Source of the DNA: Dendrobates tinctorius
Taxonomy: Eukaryota
Length of the DNA: 64,000 bases
Direction of reading: 5' to 3'
Assembly (NCBI RefSeq): GCF_039654945.1
Contig: NW_027361723.1
Span: 3,038,001 to 3,102,000, forward strand
Shown piece by piece: positions 24,920-38,400 of this stretch. Numbering within the stretch: the first letter of the stretch is position 1; every line of letters begins with the position of its first letter. Position numbers and translations under genes: made by a program. A model generated the notes under the pieces. That model saw nothing but the letters and a program-made list of their open reading frames with translations, made no database searches and was not told the DNA's origin.

Positions 24920-27857
24920 ATGAGGAAGGCTGGTGGAAGAGGCCGTGGAATTGGGCGGGGGTTGGCAGCTGGTAATGATGGTGTTGGTGGTGGATCTGAT
25001 GGTAGTGGCAAGAGCAAAATAGGACCGAATGCAGGAGGTGCTGACCCTGCGTCATCGTCTGGCTACATAAGGCCTCAAACGCTTAGTTTTCTAGGAGTTG
25101 GCAAACCGCTTTTAAAGGCAGAGCATCAGGAAAAAGTTTTGTCTTACATTGCTGACTCAGCCTCCAGCTCTATCGCCTCCTCTTCTTCAGTTGTAAAAAG
25201 TAAAAGCACTGAGTCATCATTGGAGGCTCATGTTCATGAACCACACCTTTCCTTGTGTCCTTCACCCCAACCAAGATTGAAGGATGACGCAGGCCATACT
25301 ACTGATTACTCCATGGAGCTGTTTTCACATACCATGCCTGGATTATCAAGTGAAATGGTGAATTACCCAGGCCAAGATGAATCTGACATGGAGTGCACTG
25401 ATGCACAGCCGCTGATGGATGATTCTGCTGGTACATTCACTCAGAGCACTACATTGTCCTCGCAGTGTACAGAGCCAGATTTTGACCCTGATGAGACTCA
25501 GGTGCCCCTTCCCGCACACTATAACACCATACACGGTGACACAGAGAAAGGTGCACATGACATAGAAGAGGAGGTGATGGATGACCCAGTTGTTGCCCCA
25601 GATTGGCATCCATTGGGGGAAGACGGTGCTGCTTCCAATAGCTCAGATGAGGAGCATCCACAGCAGACATCGACATCGCAACAGCTGTTATCTGGCAGGC
25701 CCGGAGCACTCCAAAGACAGGTTCCAAACATCAAAAGAGTTGCTGGACAGCTTGTACAGAGGGTCAAAAGATCACAGCGTGCTAGGCCGCAAAATGTCTG
25801 CCAAAGTAGGAAGAGTGCAGTGTGGCACTTTTTTGAACAAAATCCTCATGATCAGGCCAAGGTTATCTGTAAGAAGTGCGCAAAGACCTTTAGCCGAGGG
25901 AAAAATCTGAAAAATTTGAATACCAGTTGCATGCTTAGACATTTAACCAGCATGCACTTGCAAGCGTGGACACAACACCAAACCTCAAGTGCCACATGTG
26001 CAACTGATCACAACGAAGGTAGTCAGCAACGCTACATTGTTTCCCCCACTGTAAGCCCACCGGTTAGCACAGCAGCAAATGTTGAGGTGTCGTTGCAAGA
26101 CCACAGCAGTCAGGGAATCCCACTGTTATATCAGTCAGCAGTCGTACGAGCACTCCATCTGCAGCTGCCACTGTTGCACACGATGTGTCCCCCTATCGAG
26201 CAGCTAGTGGAAAGCTTCAGCAGGCTGTGTTGCAGATGATGTGTTTGGGCGACAGACACACCGCCGAGGTGCTGGCCGAGTACTTGAAGCGACAAACTGA
26301 GTCATGGCTGGGCAGTGTACATCTTGAGGCAGGCAAGGTAGTTAGTGATAACGGCCGTAATTTTGTGGCAGCCATAGCCCTTTCAAAACTCAGCCACATA
26401 CCTTGCTTGGCTCACACCTTGAACCTGGTGGTGCAGTGCTTCCTCAAAAATTATCCGGAGTTAACAGCCCTGCTCCAGAAGGTGCGAAGACTGTGCGCGC
26501 ACATCCGCCGGTCGCCTGTACACTCCGTTCGTATGCAGAAGCTGCAGCGATTGCTCCACCTTCCCAACCACCGCCTCATTATCGACATTGCAACAAGGTG
26601 GAACTCCACCCTGCACATGGTGGAGCGGCTGTGCGAGCAGAGGCAGGCCATAATGCATTTGTGGGAGGATACACGGCCAGGCACTTTGAGAGCAGACATG
26701 GAGTTGACAGGCGTGCAGTGGTCGAAGCTGAAAGACCTTTGTAAAGTCCTTCAGTGTTTTGAGGAATGCACACGGCTGGTAAGCGCAGACGACGCCATCC
26801 TAAGCATGAGCATCCCACTTATGTGTCTGCTCATGCAAACTTTGACGCACCTTAAGGAGCAGGCGTCTGCAGCCAATGTTGATGAGGAGGAAGAGGAGGA
26901 GGGAATCCTTGATGACATTCAGCCATTGTCTGCTCAGGGACCTCTCCTGGACGAGGTGGAGGAAGAAGAGGAGGAGGAGGATGATGATGGGGATGATTAC
27001 TTAGGGGAGGAGGATGCATCTCGTGGGGCAAGTGAAAATGTTGGCGTGGCAAGGTCTGGTACAGGGTTTGTGCGTGACTGGAGGGATGTGGATTTGCCAG
27101 AAAGTGCTCCTCCACCCAGCACTCGCAGTGCATCATTGACACCGGGAACATTGGCCCACATGTCAGATTATGCCTTGCGGATCCTAAAAAGGGACCCCCG
27201 CATTGCCAAAATGATGAACGATGATGACTACTGGTTGGCCAGCATCCTGGATCCACGCTATAAAGGCAAATTACAAAACATCATGCCACAGGAGAACCTT
27301 GACCTAATATTGGCTAATAAACAAGCAACTCTGGTAAATCGGTTGCTTGAGGCATTCCCAGCACACAGCAGCGGTGATGGTTCTCACACGAGCCGTACGG
27401 GCCGGGGCAGCTTGGCAGAGGTGTTCGTGGTGCACACAGCAGAAGTGGCGTTGTAGACAGGGGTTTCATGACAATGTTGTGGACTGATTTTTCAAATACC
27501 GCTCACACAACTGGTAATACTGCATCGATGGAAAGTGACAGGAGACAGCAGTTGTCAACTATGGTTACAAACTACTTTTCCTCCCATATCGATGTTCTCC
27601 CACACAGGTCATTCCCCTTTGACTATTGGGCCGCTAAACTGGACACCTGGCCTGAATTGGCCCAATATGCCATACAGGAGCTCGCTTGCCCAGCTGCAAG
27701 TGTGCTATCGGAAAGAGTCTTCAGTGCAGCTGGATCAATCCTGACAGAAAAAAGGACCCGTCTGTCAACCCAAAATGTGGATGATCTAACCTTCATTAAA
27801 ATGAACCACGCATGGGTTTCCAAGGATTTTGTCCCACCCTCCCCTGATGACACATAG
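24920..27857 (+). pseudogene. hAT transposase 1 (ZBED-like), disrupted
   Basis: MRKAGGRGRG, BED finger (SAVWHFF..C..C..H..H), VSDNG, CLAH, TRWNS, dimerisation domain WPEL..CPAASVLSERVFS. An internal deletion/frameshift at ~26120 removes the first catalytic Asp region; frameshift at ~27405. Confidence 0.93.
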
Positions 27858-28275
27858 GGTGACAGAAAAATGGCTTGCTTTGGTCCACCTCTTCCTGGTA
27901 CTTCACCTATTTTGCATTTTGCATCAGCTGAATGTCCAACATCAACATATGCCACTTTCTAAAACTCCCTAACTGTGCTGCCTCCCCCCCATGGCCGGGG
28001 TCACCACCTACCGCACGACACCGTGCGAGTGCCGTTGCCCTGGACAGGTGGGTAGGCCGACACTTGGGCGCGGGCACTGGCACAGGGTCCCTCATAGTGC
28101 AATCAAGTGTCTCTGACGGTGGTGGTGCACACCCGCCGTCAGACACACCGCTGTACTATGAGGGACCCAGTGCCAGTACCGACGCCCACGAGTGGGCCCC
28201 CCTTGCTTGGGCAGGGCCCCAGCATTTGCAATCTTTACCTCTCCCTGCTCCTCCGCTGTGTAATCTGGGCCGTCA

Positions 28276-29160
28276 AATCCATACTGTGCCTGACACCGTC
28301 TGAGCCTGCCTCCTGAGACATATATTTTGAATGTGTACGCTATCCATACATGTTATCCGGGGATACGGTACCCTTTCTAACCTTTGTGCAATAACGTGCA
28401 ATCCATACTGTGCCTGACACCGTCTGAGCCTTCCTCCTGAGACATATATTTTGAATGTATACGCTATCCATACATGTTATCCGGGGATACGGTACCCTTT
28501 CTAACCTTTGTGCAATCACGTGCAATCCATACTGTGCCTGACACCGTCTGAGCCTGCCTCCTGAGACATATATTTTGAATGTGTACGCTATCCATACATG
28601 TTATCCAGGGATACGGTACCCTTTCTAACCTTTGTGCAATCACGTGCAATCCATACTGTGCCTGCCACCGTCTGAGCCTGCCTCCTGAGACATATATTTT
28701 GAATGTGTACACTATGCTATCCATACATGTTATCTGGGGATACGGTACCCTTTCTCACCTTTGTGCAATCACGTGCAATCCATACTGGGCCTAACACCGT
28801 CTGAGCCTGCCTCCTGAGACATATATTTTAAATGTGTACACTATCCATACATGTTATCCGGGGATACGGTACCCTTTCTAACCTTTGTGCAATCACGTGC
28901 AATTCATACTGGGCCTAACACCGTCTGAGCCTGCCTCCTGAGACATATATTTTGAATGTGTACGCTATCCATACATGTTATCCGGGGATATGGTACCCTT
29001 TCTAACCTTTGTGCAATCACGTGCAATCCATACTGTGCCTGACACCGTCTGAGCCTGCCTCCTGAGACATATATTTTGAATGTGTACGCTATCCATACAT
29101 GTTATCCAGGGATACGGTACCCTTTCTAACCTTTGTGCAATCACGTGCAATCCATACTGG
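28276..29160. repeat. 124-bp tandem repeat (~7 copies) downstream of transposase 1
   Basis: Unit aatccatactgtgcctgacaccgtctgagcctgcctcctgagacatatattttgaatgtgtacgctatcc... Also at ~41676-42090 and ~61017-62030. Confidence 0.95.
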
Positions 29161-30476
29161 GCGTGAGAACGGCTGGCGAGCTGTTAAGCAAGCTACAGCA
29201 CCTGTCCAGACAAGTACAGGGATTCCCTAGCGAGGAGACTTATTTGATTGTTTTCAATGTTGGGACAGCAATTTTTGGGGAGCACTATACTCTGGAGAAT
29301 GATAGATGGGGCCCACCATACACTGGAACATTCCAAAGGTGGACATCAGACACTGGAGCAGCATTTACAGGGCCCATTATACACTAGAGCATTAGAAATG
29401 GGGCCCATTATGTTTGGAGCATTATTTGGGCCGATAAGACAGTGGAGCTTCATCCATGGGGACCAACATATACTGTAGCATTATGTGGAGCTCATCATAT
29501 ACTGTTTCATACATTATATGGGACCAATGATTCTGTATGGAGAAATAGATGGGCCTCGTCATGAGATGTAAAAAGTGAGGTATTTTTCATTGTACTATAC
29601 CGCTATTTATCTGCCGTATCGGAGCATGATGAGTTGTGGTATGTGTTAAAGGGGTGCTCTTTCGCCCAGGGCACATGAAAACCTGCAGCCAGCCCTCCCC
29701 CCCCCACAACTTTAGCCAAATAACCCCCATTTTTCAGTGCGTAACTTGTATTATGAAGTTAATTAAGGTTGACAAGCTTAAGTAAGAAGAATTGATGCTT
29801 TTGGCATTCAAATGGGCACTGTAGGTGTGTTTCCTGTCCTCCTCTCACTGCCGACTTTTATTCCCCATTGACTTACATTGGGTTTCGTGTTTCGGGACGA
29901 CCCCGACTTTTCCCTATAATCGGACGATCTTGCTCAACCCGACTTTTGGAAAAGTCGGGTTTCACGAAACGAAACGCGACCCTAAAAAACCAAAAGTCGC
30001 TCAACTCTAATTGCAGCTCATTTTTTCTTCTCCTATTAGTGTGCATCCATCCCTATCCATCTACATTGGTTGGTTGAAAACACTATATAGGAGTAGATAG
30101 AGGAGCCTTTTTTCTGGCTTGTGCCCTTCAGCTGCAGCCAGATTAGTATTACCCAATTTTTTTGGAGCCTCATCTTTTGCATTGTAGGTTACCTGCCTGC
30201 ATTGTAATAGCTCCAGAAAGTTGGTGATACTCTCACTTTCAAATCTTTGGTCACATCCTTTTAGTTCCCCCCCCCAAAAAAAAAAACAAAAAAACAACAA
30301 AGTTCACCAAACACTACATTTGAAAGTTGTGTAGGCCACATTAGCTCCCATTAAAGTGTAGTCGACACACGCACTGCATACAATTAGTGTTTCTTATACC
30401 TGTAACCAGCTGTTCAGGAATAAGCACACTAAGGCCCCCTTTGTACTTTTCTGCCTATCTTTATCAGTCTAGCAAG

Positions 30477-33400
30477 ATGAAGAAGGCAGGGAGTAAGGCA
30501 CGTGGGCGTGGAGTTTCAACAGGGAGAGGACGTGGGGATTCTGCAGGGAGAGGACGTGGGGATTCTGCAGGGAGAGGACGTGGGGATTCTGTGCCTGCTG
30601 TTGGCACCAGTGACTCAGCATCTCCCAGTTTTAGCAGGCAACAGTCCTTTATGTGCAGCTTTGTAGGACCTCACCGTACCCCACTGCTGCGGGAGGAACA
30701 AATTGAAGCCGTTTTCGGATGGATGGCAGCTAACGCATCGACTTCAATTACTTCCACATCCTCTCAGGGCCAGAGCACCGAAGAGCAACCATCTGTCTCT
30801 TCACCACCTGCCAAAGTGCCCAGGCAGTCACAGAGCCCTGGACAGGAGCCATCACGGTCTCTACTTCTGTTCTCGGAATCTGTTGGTTTGGAAAGAGGGG
30901 GCCCGCCAAGCAGCATTCCAGAATGTGAAGAAGAGGGAGTATGCAGTGATGCGCAACTTCTTTGTCCCTCTGAATCTGAAGAGGCGGGTGGGCCAGTGCC
31001 TATGGTCAGCACACCTCCGTACGCATCAGATGATGACGAGACACAGGTGCCACTTTCTGTTGCGTACGGTGCTGGCGAGACAATCCAGGAGAAGCAGGTG
31101 TTTGAAGAGGGGAGTGTAGATGATGAGGTCCTTGACCCATCATGGCGTGAGGAACAGGAAGGTGGTGGGAGCAGCTCTGAGGAAGAGATTCCCCTAACGG
31201 CCAAAACCGGAGGGAGAGGGAGGGGGCAGACTTGGTTGCCTGTAGCCTCCACTTCAACACCCGTTAGGAGCATTACACTTTCAAAAGGGAAAACGGGCGT
31301 GGTCCTTTTTTGACACAGTTGCAGATGACATTTGCTTTGTCAAATGCAAGCTGTGTCATCAGAGAGTCAAAAGAGGGAAAAATGTCAGCAACCTCAATAC
31401 CACTAATATGTGGAAACATGTGCAGGCCAAGCACGAGGTGGAGTTACACAGACACACTGAAGACGTAGGCCAACGTACAGCAGCACCTACCACCTATTCA
31501 GCTCGTGTTGGGGCCTCTTCCTCCAGCTCACACACAGCTGGTTCGGCTTCCTCACAGGATCGCCAAGGAAGAACCTCTGGCACTGTTGTCCGGAGACCCT
31601 GTGACATTCCACCCACAGTACCACGTTACAAGTCTTCCTCACACTCCCAGGCCACTCGACAGCCATCGGTAGCACAGGCATGGGAGAAAAGGCGGCCATA
31701 CTCGGCTAACCATCCCCGAGCACAGGCTCTGAATGCTGGCATTGTCAAACTACTGGCACTTGAAATGCTCTCATTCAGGCTGGTGGAGACTGACACCTTC
31801 TGGGACTTCATGGCATTGGCAATCCCACAATACACCGTGCCCAGCTGCTTTTATTTCAGCAGGCGAGCTGTCCCTGCCCTGGAGAAACATGTGGAGGCAA
31901 TCATAAAACATGCGCTACTAAACGCCATCAGTAGCAAGGTCTACCTGACCACCGATGCGTGGACCAGTAACCATGGACAGGGATGATACCTTTCCCTCAC
32001 TGCCATTGGGTCAATGTTGTGGAGCCGGGTACAGATCTGGAGAGTGGTGCTCTACGTGTTCTGCCAACTCCACGGATTGCAGGAATCCAGTCTGTACACA
32101 TTGACTCCTCCTCCTTCTCAAGTTCCTCTGAAACAGCGCAGCAGGAGCCTGTTACGACCGATATGAGCTCAGCCGTGGCCAAACGTCAACAGGCCGTACT
32201 GAAATAATTTATTTGGGGAATCGAAGCCACACAGCGCAGGAGCTCTGGAATGCCATCAAGCAGGAGAGCGACGTGTGGTTTCTGCCAGCGAATCTCCAGC
32301 CGGGCTTGGTAGTGTGTGACAATGGACGAAATCTGGTGGCAGCTCTTGGCCTAGGCAACCTCACTCACATCCCATGTCTGGCACATGTGCTCAACTTGGT
32401 CGTGCAGAGCTTTCTGAGGGACTATCCGGATCGTGATGCACTGCTGCACAAGGTCCGCATAGAGTGCGCTCACTTGCGGCGTTCCAGCACGGCAAGGTCG
32501 CGCCTTGCTGCTCTGCAGCGCCGATTACGCCTTCCGGAACATCGCATCATATGTGACCTACCCACCAGGTGGAATTCTACTTATCATATGTTGGAGCGGT
32601 TGTGTGAGCAGCAGGCAGCAGTCACGGAGTACCAGCTGCATCAGGCGCAAACAAGTCGCACTGTGCGCCGGTCACACTTCAGCACCACTGAGTGGGCCTC
32701 TATGAAGGACATCTGCCTCGTTTTGCGTGCCTTCGATGATTACACGAGGATGGCGAGTGGAGATGATGCACTAGTCAGCATGACTGTCCCCCTTATCTGC
32801 CTGCTTCAAAAAACACTGCAAGCACTAAGGGATGAGGTTTTGGAAGAGGTGGAGGATGAGGAGTCCCAAATGCCATCTGCTTCTGGACAGTCTGCGCTAC
32901 GTGCTTCCTCACAAAGGCCTAGGCAGGGGACACTTTGTGAGGAGGATGAGGAGGAGTCGATGGAGGAGGAAGACATCTCTCCAGAGGAGGGAGGTACACA
33001 AAGCTCTAGTCAGTATGTACAGCGAGGGTGGGGTGATGCAGAGCAGGCAGAGATCACGCCTCAAGCAGGGGACAGCGGTTCTTTGGCAGTTGGGAGTCTG
33101 CAGCACATGGTTGACTTCATGCTGCAGTACCTGAGAAACGACCGCCGCATCGCCCACATTCTCTACTCGGCTAATTATTGGGTGTACACCCTCCTAGATC
33201 CTCGCTACCGGGACAACTTGCAAACCCTCATACCAACGTTGAACCGGGAGCGTAAACTGCGGGAGTACCAAGACACACTGGTGCAGTCCATCATGTTTTC
33301 CATTCCACCCGACAGCAGTGGTGCTAGTGCTTTACAAAGCACCTCTGTGCGTCGAGCCAGTGGAGGAAACTCTGCACAAAGAGGGAGCAGAGGCAGCGCC

Positions 33401-33805
33401 TCAGCACAAGGCAAGACCACTATGGCCCAAATGTGGCAAAGTTTTGTGTGTCCGCCACAATTGTCTACACCATCACTGACGGCTCCAGTCAGCAGGAGGC
33501 AACGTTTCCGTCAGATGGTGACAAACTACATGTCTTGCCCTGTGACTGTACTCCAAGATGGCTCTTCCCCCTTCAAGTTTTGGGTCTCTAAGCTGGATAC
33601 ATGGCCAGAGCTTAGCCAGTATGCATTGGTGGTGCTGGCTTGCCCTGCTGCCAGTGTCTTATCGGAACGCGTCTTTAGTGCCGCAGGTGGTGTACTAACA
33701 TACCGTCGCACGCAAATTTCTTCCGATAACGTCGACCGACTTACTTTTCTGAAAATGAACAAGGCCTGGATCTCCCCAGAATTTGCCAGTCCTCTTCCCG
33801 ACTAA
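30477..33805 (+). pseudogene. hAT transposase 2 (paralogous ZBED-like, distinct from transposase 1), disrupted
   Basis: MKKAGSKARGRG, BED finger at ~31300-31440, YLTTDAWTS, VCDNG, CLAH, TRWNS, WPEL..CPAASVLSERVFS. Frameshift at ~31300 and stops at ~31984 and ~32205. Confidence 0.93.
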
Positions 33806-33859
33806 ATAATTGGTTGGCAACTGTATCCAGGTCTCCTGTTGTGTTCATGTTTCTACCAC

Positions 33860-36230
33860 CTGAACTATAATCCCTGGGCTTCAACACAGCCAGTTGTCGC
33901 TCAGATGTGTCGTCTGCACAGAGAAAAACACTAGCTCCTGTGTTATTGGGGTTCAGTAACGCCAGCTGCTCCCCTGCTGTGTGGACGGCAAAGTCTCCTG
34001 CTCCATCCACATTCAAACTACTACTGATTTTTAACCCTGCTCCACTTAGGCCTCTGGCTCCACTGTCTCTAGTATTTCCCCTGGCCTCCAACCCCACCAG
34101 TGACAGCTCTTAAGTGGCGTCTGCACAATCCACACTTGTTCCAGTGTTACTTGGCCTCAGTCATGTCAGTTGATCCCCTGATGTGTGTCCAGCAAGGTCT
34201 CCTGGTCTGTCCACATTCCCATTACTAGTAGTGTGAATGAGGACAGAGCAGGAGACCTTGCCGGACACACATCAGGCGATCAACTGACATGACTGAGCCC
34301 AAGTAACACAGGAACAAGTGTGGATTGTGCTGACGCCACTTCAGAGCTGTCTCTGGCGGGGTTGGAGGCCAGGGGAAATACTAGAGACAGTGGAGCCTGA
34401 GGCCTAAGTGGAACACGGTTACAATCAGTAGTAGTCTACAACCTCTATAAAACGTGCTGCAAGTTGGCCTCAGCCTGCTCCATGCCTCATCCTGGGCTCC
34501 AACAACGCCAGTTGGTGTTCAGATGTGCCATCTTCGCAGAGAAAAACACACTCGCTACTGTGTCTGTGGGGTTCAGTAATGCCAGCTGTTCCCCTGCTGT
34601 GTAGACGACAAAGTCTAGTGCTGCCTCCACATGCCAACAACATCAGGCCTGAGCCTGCTCCATGCCTCATCCTGGGCTCCAACAACGCCAGTTGGTGCTC
34701 AGAAGTGTCGTCTTCGCAGAGAAACACACACTAGCTCATGTGTTAGTGGGGTTCAGTAATGCCAGCTGTTCCCCTGCTGTGTAGACGGCAAAGTCTCCTG
34801 CTCCATCCACATGCCAAGAACATCAGGCCTCAGCCTGCTCCATGCCTCAACCTGGGCTCCAACACCGCTAGTTGGTGTTCAGAAGTGCTGTCTTCACAGA
34901 GCAAAACACACACTAGCTCCTGTGTTAGTGGGGTTCAGTAACGTCAGCTGTTCCCCTGCTGTGTGGACGGCAATGTCTCCTGCTGCCTCCACATGCCAAA
35001 ACAATCAGGCCTCAGCCTGCTCCATGCTTCATCCTGTGCTCCAACAACGCCAGTTGGTGTTCAGAAGTGCCGTCTTCGCAGAGAAAAACACACTCGCTAC
35101 TGTGTCTGTGGGGTTCAGTAATGCCAGCTGTTCCCCTGCTGTGTAGATGGCAAAGTCTCCTGCTCCATCCACATGCAAACTACTACAGATTTGTAACTGT
35201 GCTCCACTTAGGCCTCTGGCTCCACTGTGTCTAGTTTTTCCCCTGGCCAACAACCCCGCCAGTTCCTGCTCTGAAGTGGCGTCTGCACAATCCACACTTG
35301 TTCCTGAGACACGTCAGTTGATTCCCTGTTGTGTGTCCGGCAAGTTCTCCTGCTCTGTCCACATTCCCATTACTAGTAGTGTGAATGAGGACTGAGCAGG
35401 AGACCTTGCCAGACACACATCAGGGGATCAACTGACGTGACTGAGCCACAGTTACACAGGAACAAGTGTGGATTGTGCAGACTCCACTTCAGAGCAGGAA
35501 CTGGCGGGGTTGGAGGCCAGGGGAAATACTAGAGACAGTGGAGCCGGAGGCCATAGTGGAGCACGGTTACAATCAGTAGTAGTCTACAACCTGTATAAAA
35601 CCAGCTGCAAGTTGGCCTCCGCCTGCTGCATGCTTCATCCTGGGCTACACAACAGCCAGTTGTAGCCTGGAAGTGCCGTCCACACAGATTGAAACACTCG
35701 CTCCTGTGTCTGTGGGGTTCTGTAACGCCAGCTGTTCCCCTGCTGTGTGGATGGCAAAGTCTCCTGCTGCCTCCAAACTCACACTACATCGTATTTTCTC
35801 CTCGCTCCAAGTAGGCCTCAGCCTGCTCGGAGCATTGATCCTGGGCTACAACACAGCCAGTTGTAGCCTGGAAGTGCCGTCCGCACAGATTGAAACACTC
35901 GCTCCGGTGTCTGTGGGGTTCAGTAACGCCAGCTGTCCCCTTGCTGTGTGGATGGCAAAGTCTCCTGCTGCCTCCAAACTCACACTTCTAGTGATTTTTA
36001 ACCGTGCTCCACTTAGGCCTCTGGCTCTACTGTCTCTATTATTTCCCTTGGCCTCCAACCACACCAGACGCTGCTCTGAAGTGGCGTCTGCACAATCCAC
36101 TCTTGTTCCTGTGTTACTGTGGCTCAGGCACATCAGTTGATCCACTGATGTGTGTCCGGCAATGTCTCCCGCTTTGTCCACATTCCCATTACTAGTAGTG
36201 GGAATGTGGACAGAGCAGGAGACCTTGCCT
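33860..36230. repeat. ~180-bp direct repeats interleaved with long hairpins
   Basis: cctcagcctgctccatgc units at ~34468, 34648, 34828 and 35010. Inverted arms centred on cattactagtagtg at ~34226, ~35373 and (partial) ~36193. Confidence 0.85.
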
Positions 36231-37585
36231 GTCGTGTTGCGGTCGGGTTAGCCGAGTCTATGGTGACTGCAGTTGTGGTGCTTCCTAGGTGGGCTGCTTG
36301 TTCTGGTAATAAAGGCTGGTTCCGTAGTGCCAATAGGACAAGCACCCCCTGTAGGACTGTGGGTTTTGGTAACTGCGGCCGGCTCACGGCCTTGCAACTT
36401 AGTTTTTTTCCTGGGTACCTTCTGCTACCCATCCAGGTTCCAGCACCGTCAGATGGTTCTCGGCAGAGCCTTTGGCCTAGGTGCCTCCTTCTCGGTATCC
36501 GAGTTCCAGCAACGTCTGCTGTTCCTTGGTAGTGCTTTTTAGCACATGTACCTCCTGCTTAGAAACAGTGTTCCAGCACCGTCAGCTGGTCCACGGTTGT
36601 CCCATTGGCTCTTGTTCCTTCTGCTGCCCCTCCGGGTTCCAGCACCGTCAGCTGGTCCTCGCTAGTGTCATTTGCTCTTGCAGCTTCTGCTACCCATCCG
36701 GGTTCCAGCACCGTCAGCTTGTTCTCGGCAGAGCCTTTGGCCTAGGTGCCTCCTTCTCGGTATCTGAGTTCCAGCAACGTCAGCTGGTTCTCGGCAGTGC
36801 CTTTGGCCTAGGTGCCACCTTCTTGGTATCCGAGTTCCAGCAACGTCTGCTGGTCCTTGGTAGTGCTTTGGAGCACAGGTACCTCCTGCTTAGTAACCGT
36901 GTTCCAGCACCGTCAGCTGGTCCACGGTTGTGCCATTGGCTCTTTTTCCTTCTGCTGCTCCTCTGGGTTTCAGTACCGTCAGCTGGTTCTCGGCAGAACC
37001 TTTGGCCTAGGTGCCTCCTTATCGGTATCCGAGTTCCAGCAACGTCTGCTGTTCCTTGGTAGTGCTTTTTAGCACAGGTACCTTCTGCTTAGAAACCGTG
37101 TTCCAGCACCATCAGCTGGTCCACGGTTGTGCCATTGGCTTTTGTTCCTTCTGCTGCCACTCTGGGTTCCAGCACCGTCAGCTGGTTCTCGGTAGTGCCA
37201 TAGAGTATTGTAGCTTCTGCTACCCATTCAGGTTCCAGCACCATCAGCTGGTTCTCGACAGTGTCTTTGGCACGGGTACTCCTTCCTGCCCAGCCTGGTT
37301 CCAGCATGCCTGCTGTTTCCGGGTAGTGTCAACGTCACTTTGCCACCAACACGTTGTCCTGTCGTGTTGCGGTCGGGTTAGCCGAGTCTATGGTGCCTGC
37401 AGTTTTGGTGCTTCCTATGTGGGCTGCGGGTTCTGGTAATAAAGTTGGTTCCATAGTGACAATAGGACAAGCACCCCCTGTAGGACTGTGGGTTTCGGAA
37501 ACTGCGTCCTGCTCGCGGCATTGCAACTTTGTTGATCATGGGTACCTTCTGCTACCCATCCGGGTTCCAGCACCGTCAACTGGTT
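36230..37585. repeat. nested short repeats (gttccagcaccgtcagctggt core) with higher-order duplication
   Basis: The core recurs more than 15 times; the block 36228-36450 is duplicated at 37358-37580. Confidence 0.85.
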
Positions 37586-37639
37586 GTGCACCGCTGTAAG
37601 GTGTGAAAAAATGCACGCTCAGTACCTCACCAGGACAAA

Positions 37640-38222
37640 AAAAAAAATTGGGATTGCTTTTAAAAAAGCAGTTTGCAGAGCAGTGGGTAAACAGCAATGC
37701 AGCCGTGAGGAAGCCTTAGAAGGCAGCCTAACAACCAACACCACTGATCCAGCAAAATATAGCCTCCACTTGCACTGCACACACAGTGACTGGTGTGTTG
37801 TACAGGCAAAATCGCTAGCAGCAGAAGCAGTTTTTTTTTCTTCTTCCCTGCCTAACGCTCTCCCTATAAAATCATCATCAGCAGCAGCTCTCCCTATTCT
37901 GAGATCAGCATGAGTAATATGGCGGTTGGCGTGCACGCCCTTTTATACCCCCTGTGACGCCCCACAAAGCAAGCCAATCACTTGCATGCCCTTCTCAAAG
38001 ATGGTGGTGACCCCTGCCTATGTCATCATGTTGCCCACAGTGTCCGTGGATCCTGATTGGCTGAAAAAGAGAGCAAAACAAACTTTTGAAACGCGACTTT
38101 GGCGCTTAAGTCGCCGAGCTCGTTGCCGACCTCATCCTAGGGTCGGGTTTCGTTTCATGAAACCCGACTTTGCCAAAAGTCGGCGACTTTTGAAATTTTT
38201 TGACCCGTTTCGCTCAACTCTA
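37640..38222 (-). mobile_element. family B left end in minus orientation
   Basis: Reverse complement of 13871-14428. Ends TTTCGCTCAACTCTA at 38222 and is followed by GTCAGGAG. Confidence 0.93.
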
Positions 38223-38400
38223 GTCAGGAGGGATCCCAGCGCCAGGATGGTGGCGGCAGAGCTGGCCTTGACGCTGGCGCCGCCGTTACACAGGTCGGTG
38301 GTGCAGCAGGAGGTGGAAGTAGAAGCCCCGGAAATACCGCTGCTGCTCGGTGTGCAAGACAATGCACACGACTTAGTGATGGAAGTAACCGAGATCGCAC
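38223..38400 (-). pseudogene. last exon (5' part) of a Ly6/uPAR three-finger (LY6E-like) gene, cut by the hAT insertion
   Basis: Acceptor tttgcttttctccgctgtag at 38401, then ..SITKSCALSCTPSSSGISGASTSTSCCTTDLCNGGASVKASSAATILALGSLL (CCxxDLCN motif plus GPI signal). Confidence 0.85.

Larger units (their letters stand above)
13871..30009 (+). mobile_element. large hAT DNA transposon, family 'B', internally deleted copy (16.1 kb including inserts)
   Basis: TIRs TAGAGTTGAGCGA (13871) and TCGCTCAACTCTA (ends 30009), with CCGAC/CGAAAC subterminal repeats. Contains a BED-hAT transposase pseudogene. The flanks TATACCAC and ATTGCAGC do not match. Confidence 0.9.

Noticed and set aside
24920-33805. Domesticated ZBED4/ZBED6 host genes
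   Set aside because: Transposase 1 is multi-copy here, both lie within TIR-bearing sequence, and both + strand copies carry stops or frameshifts, so they are transposon genes.
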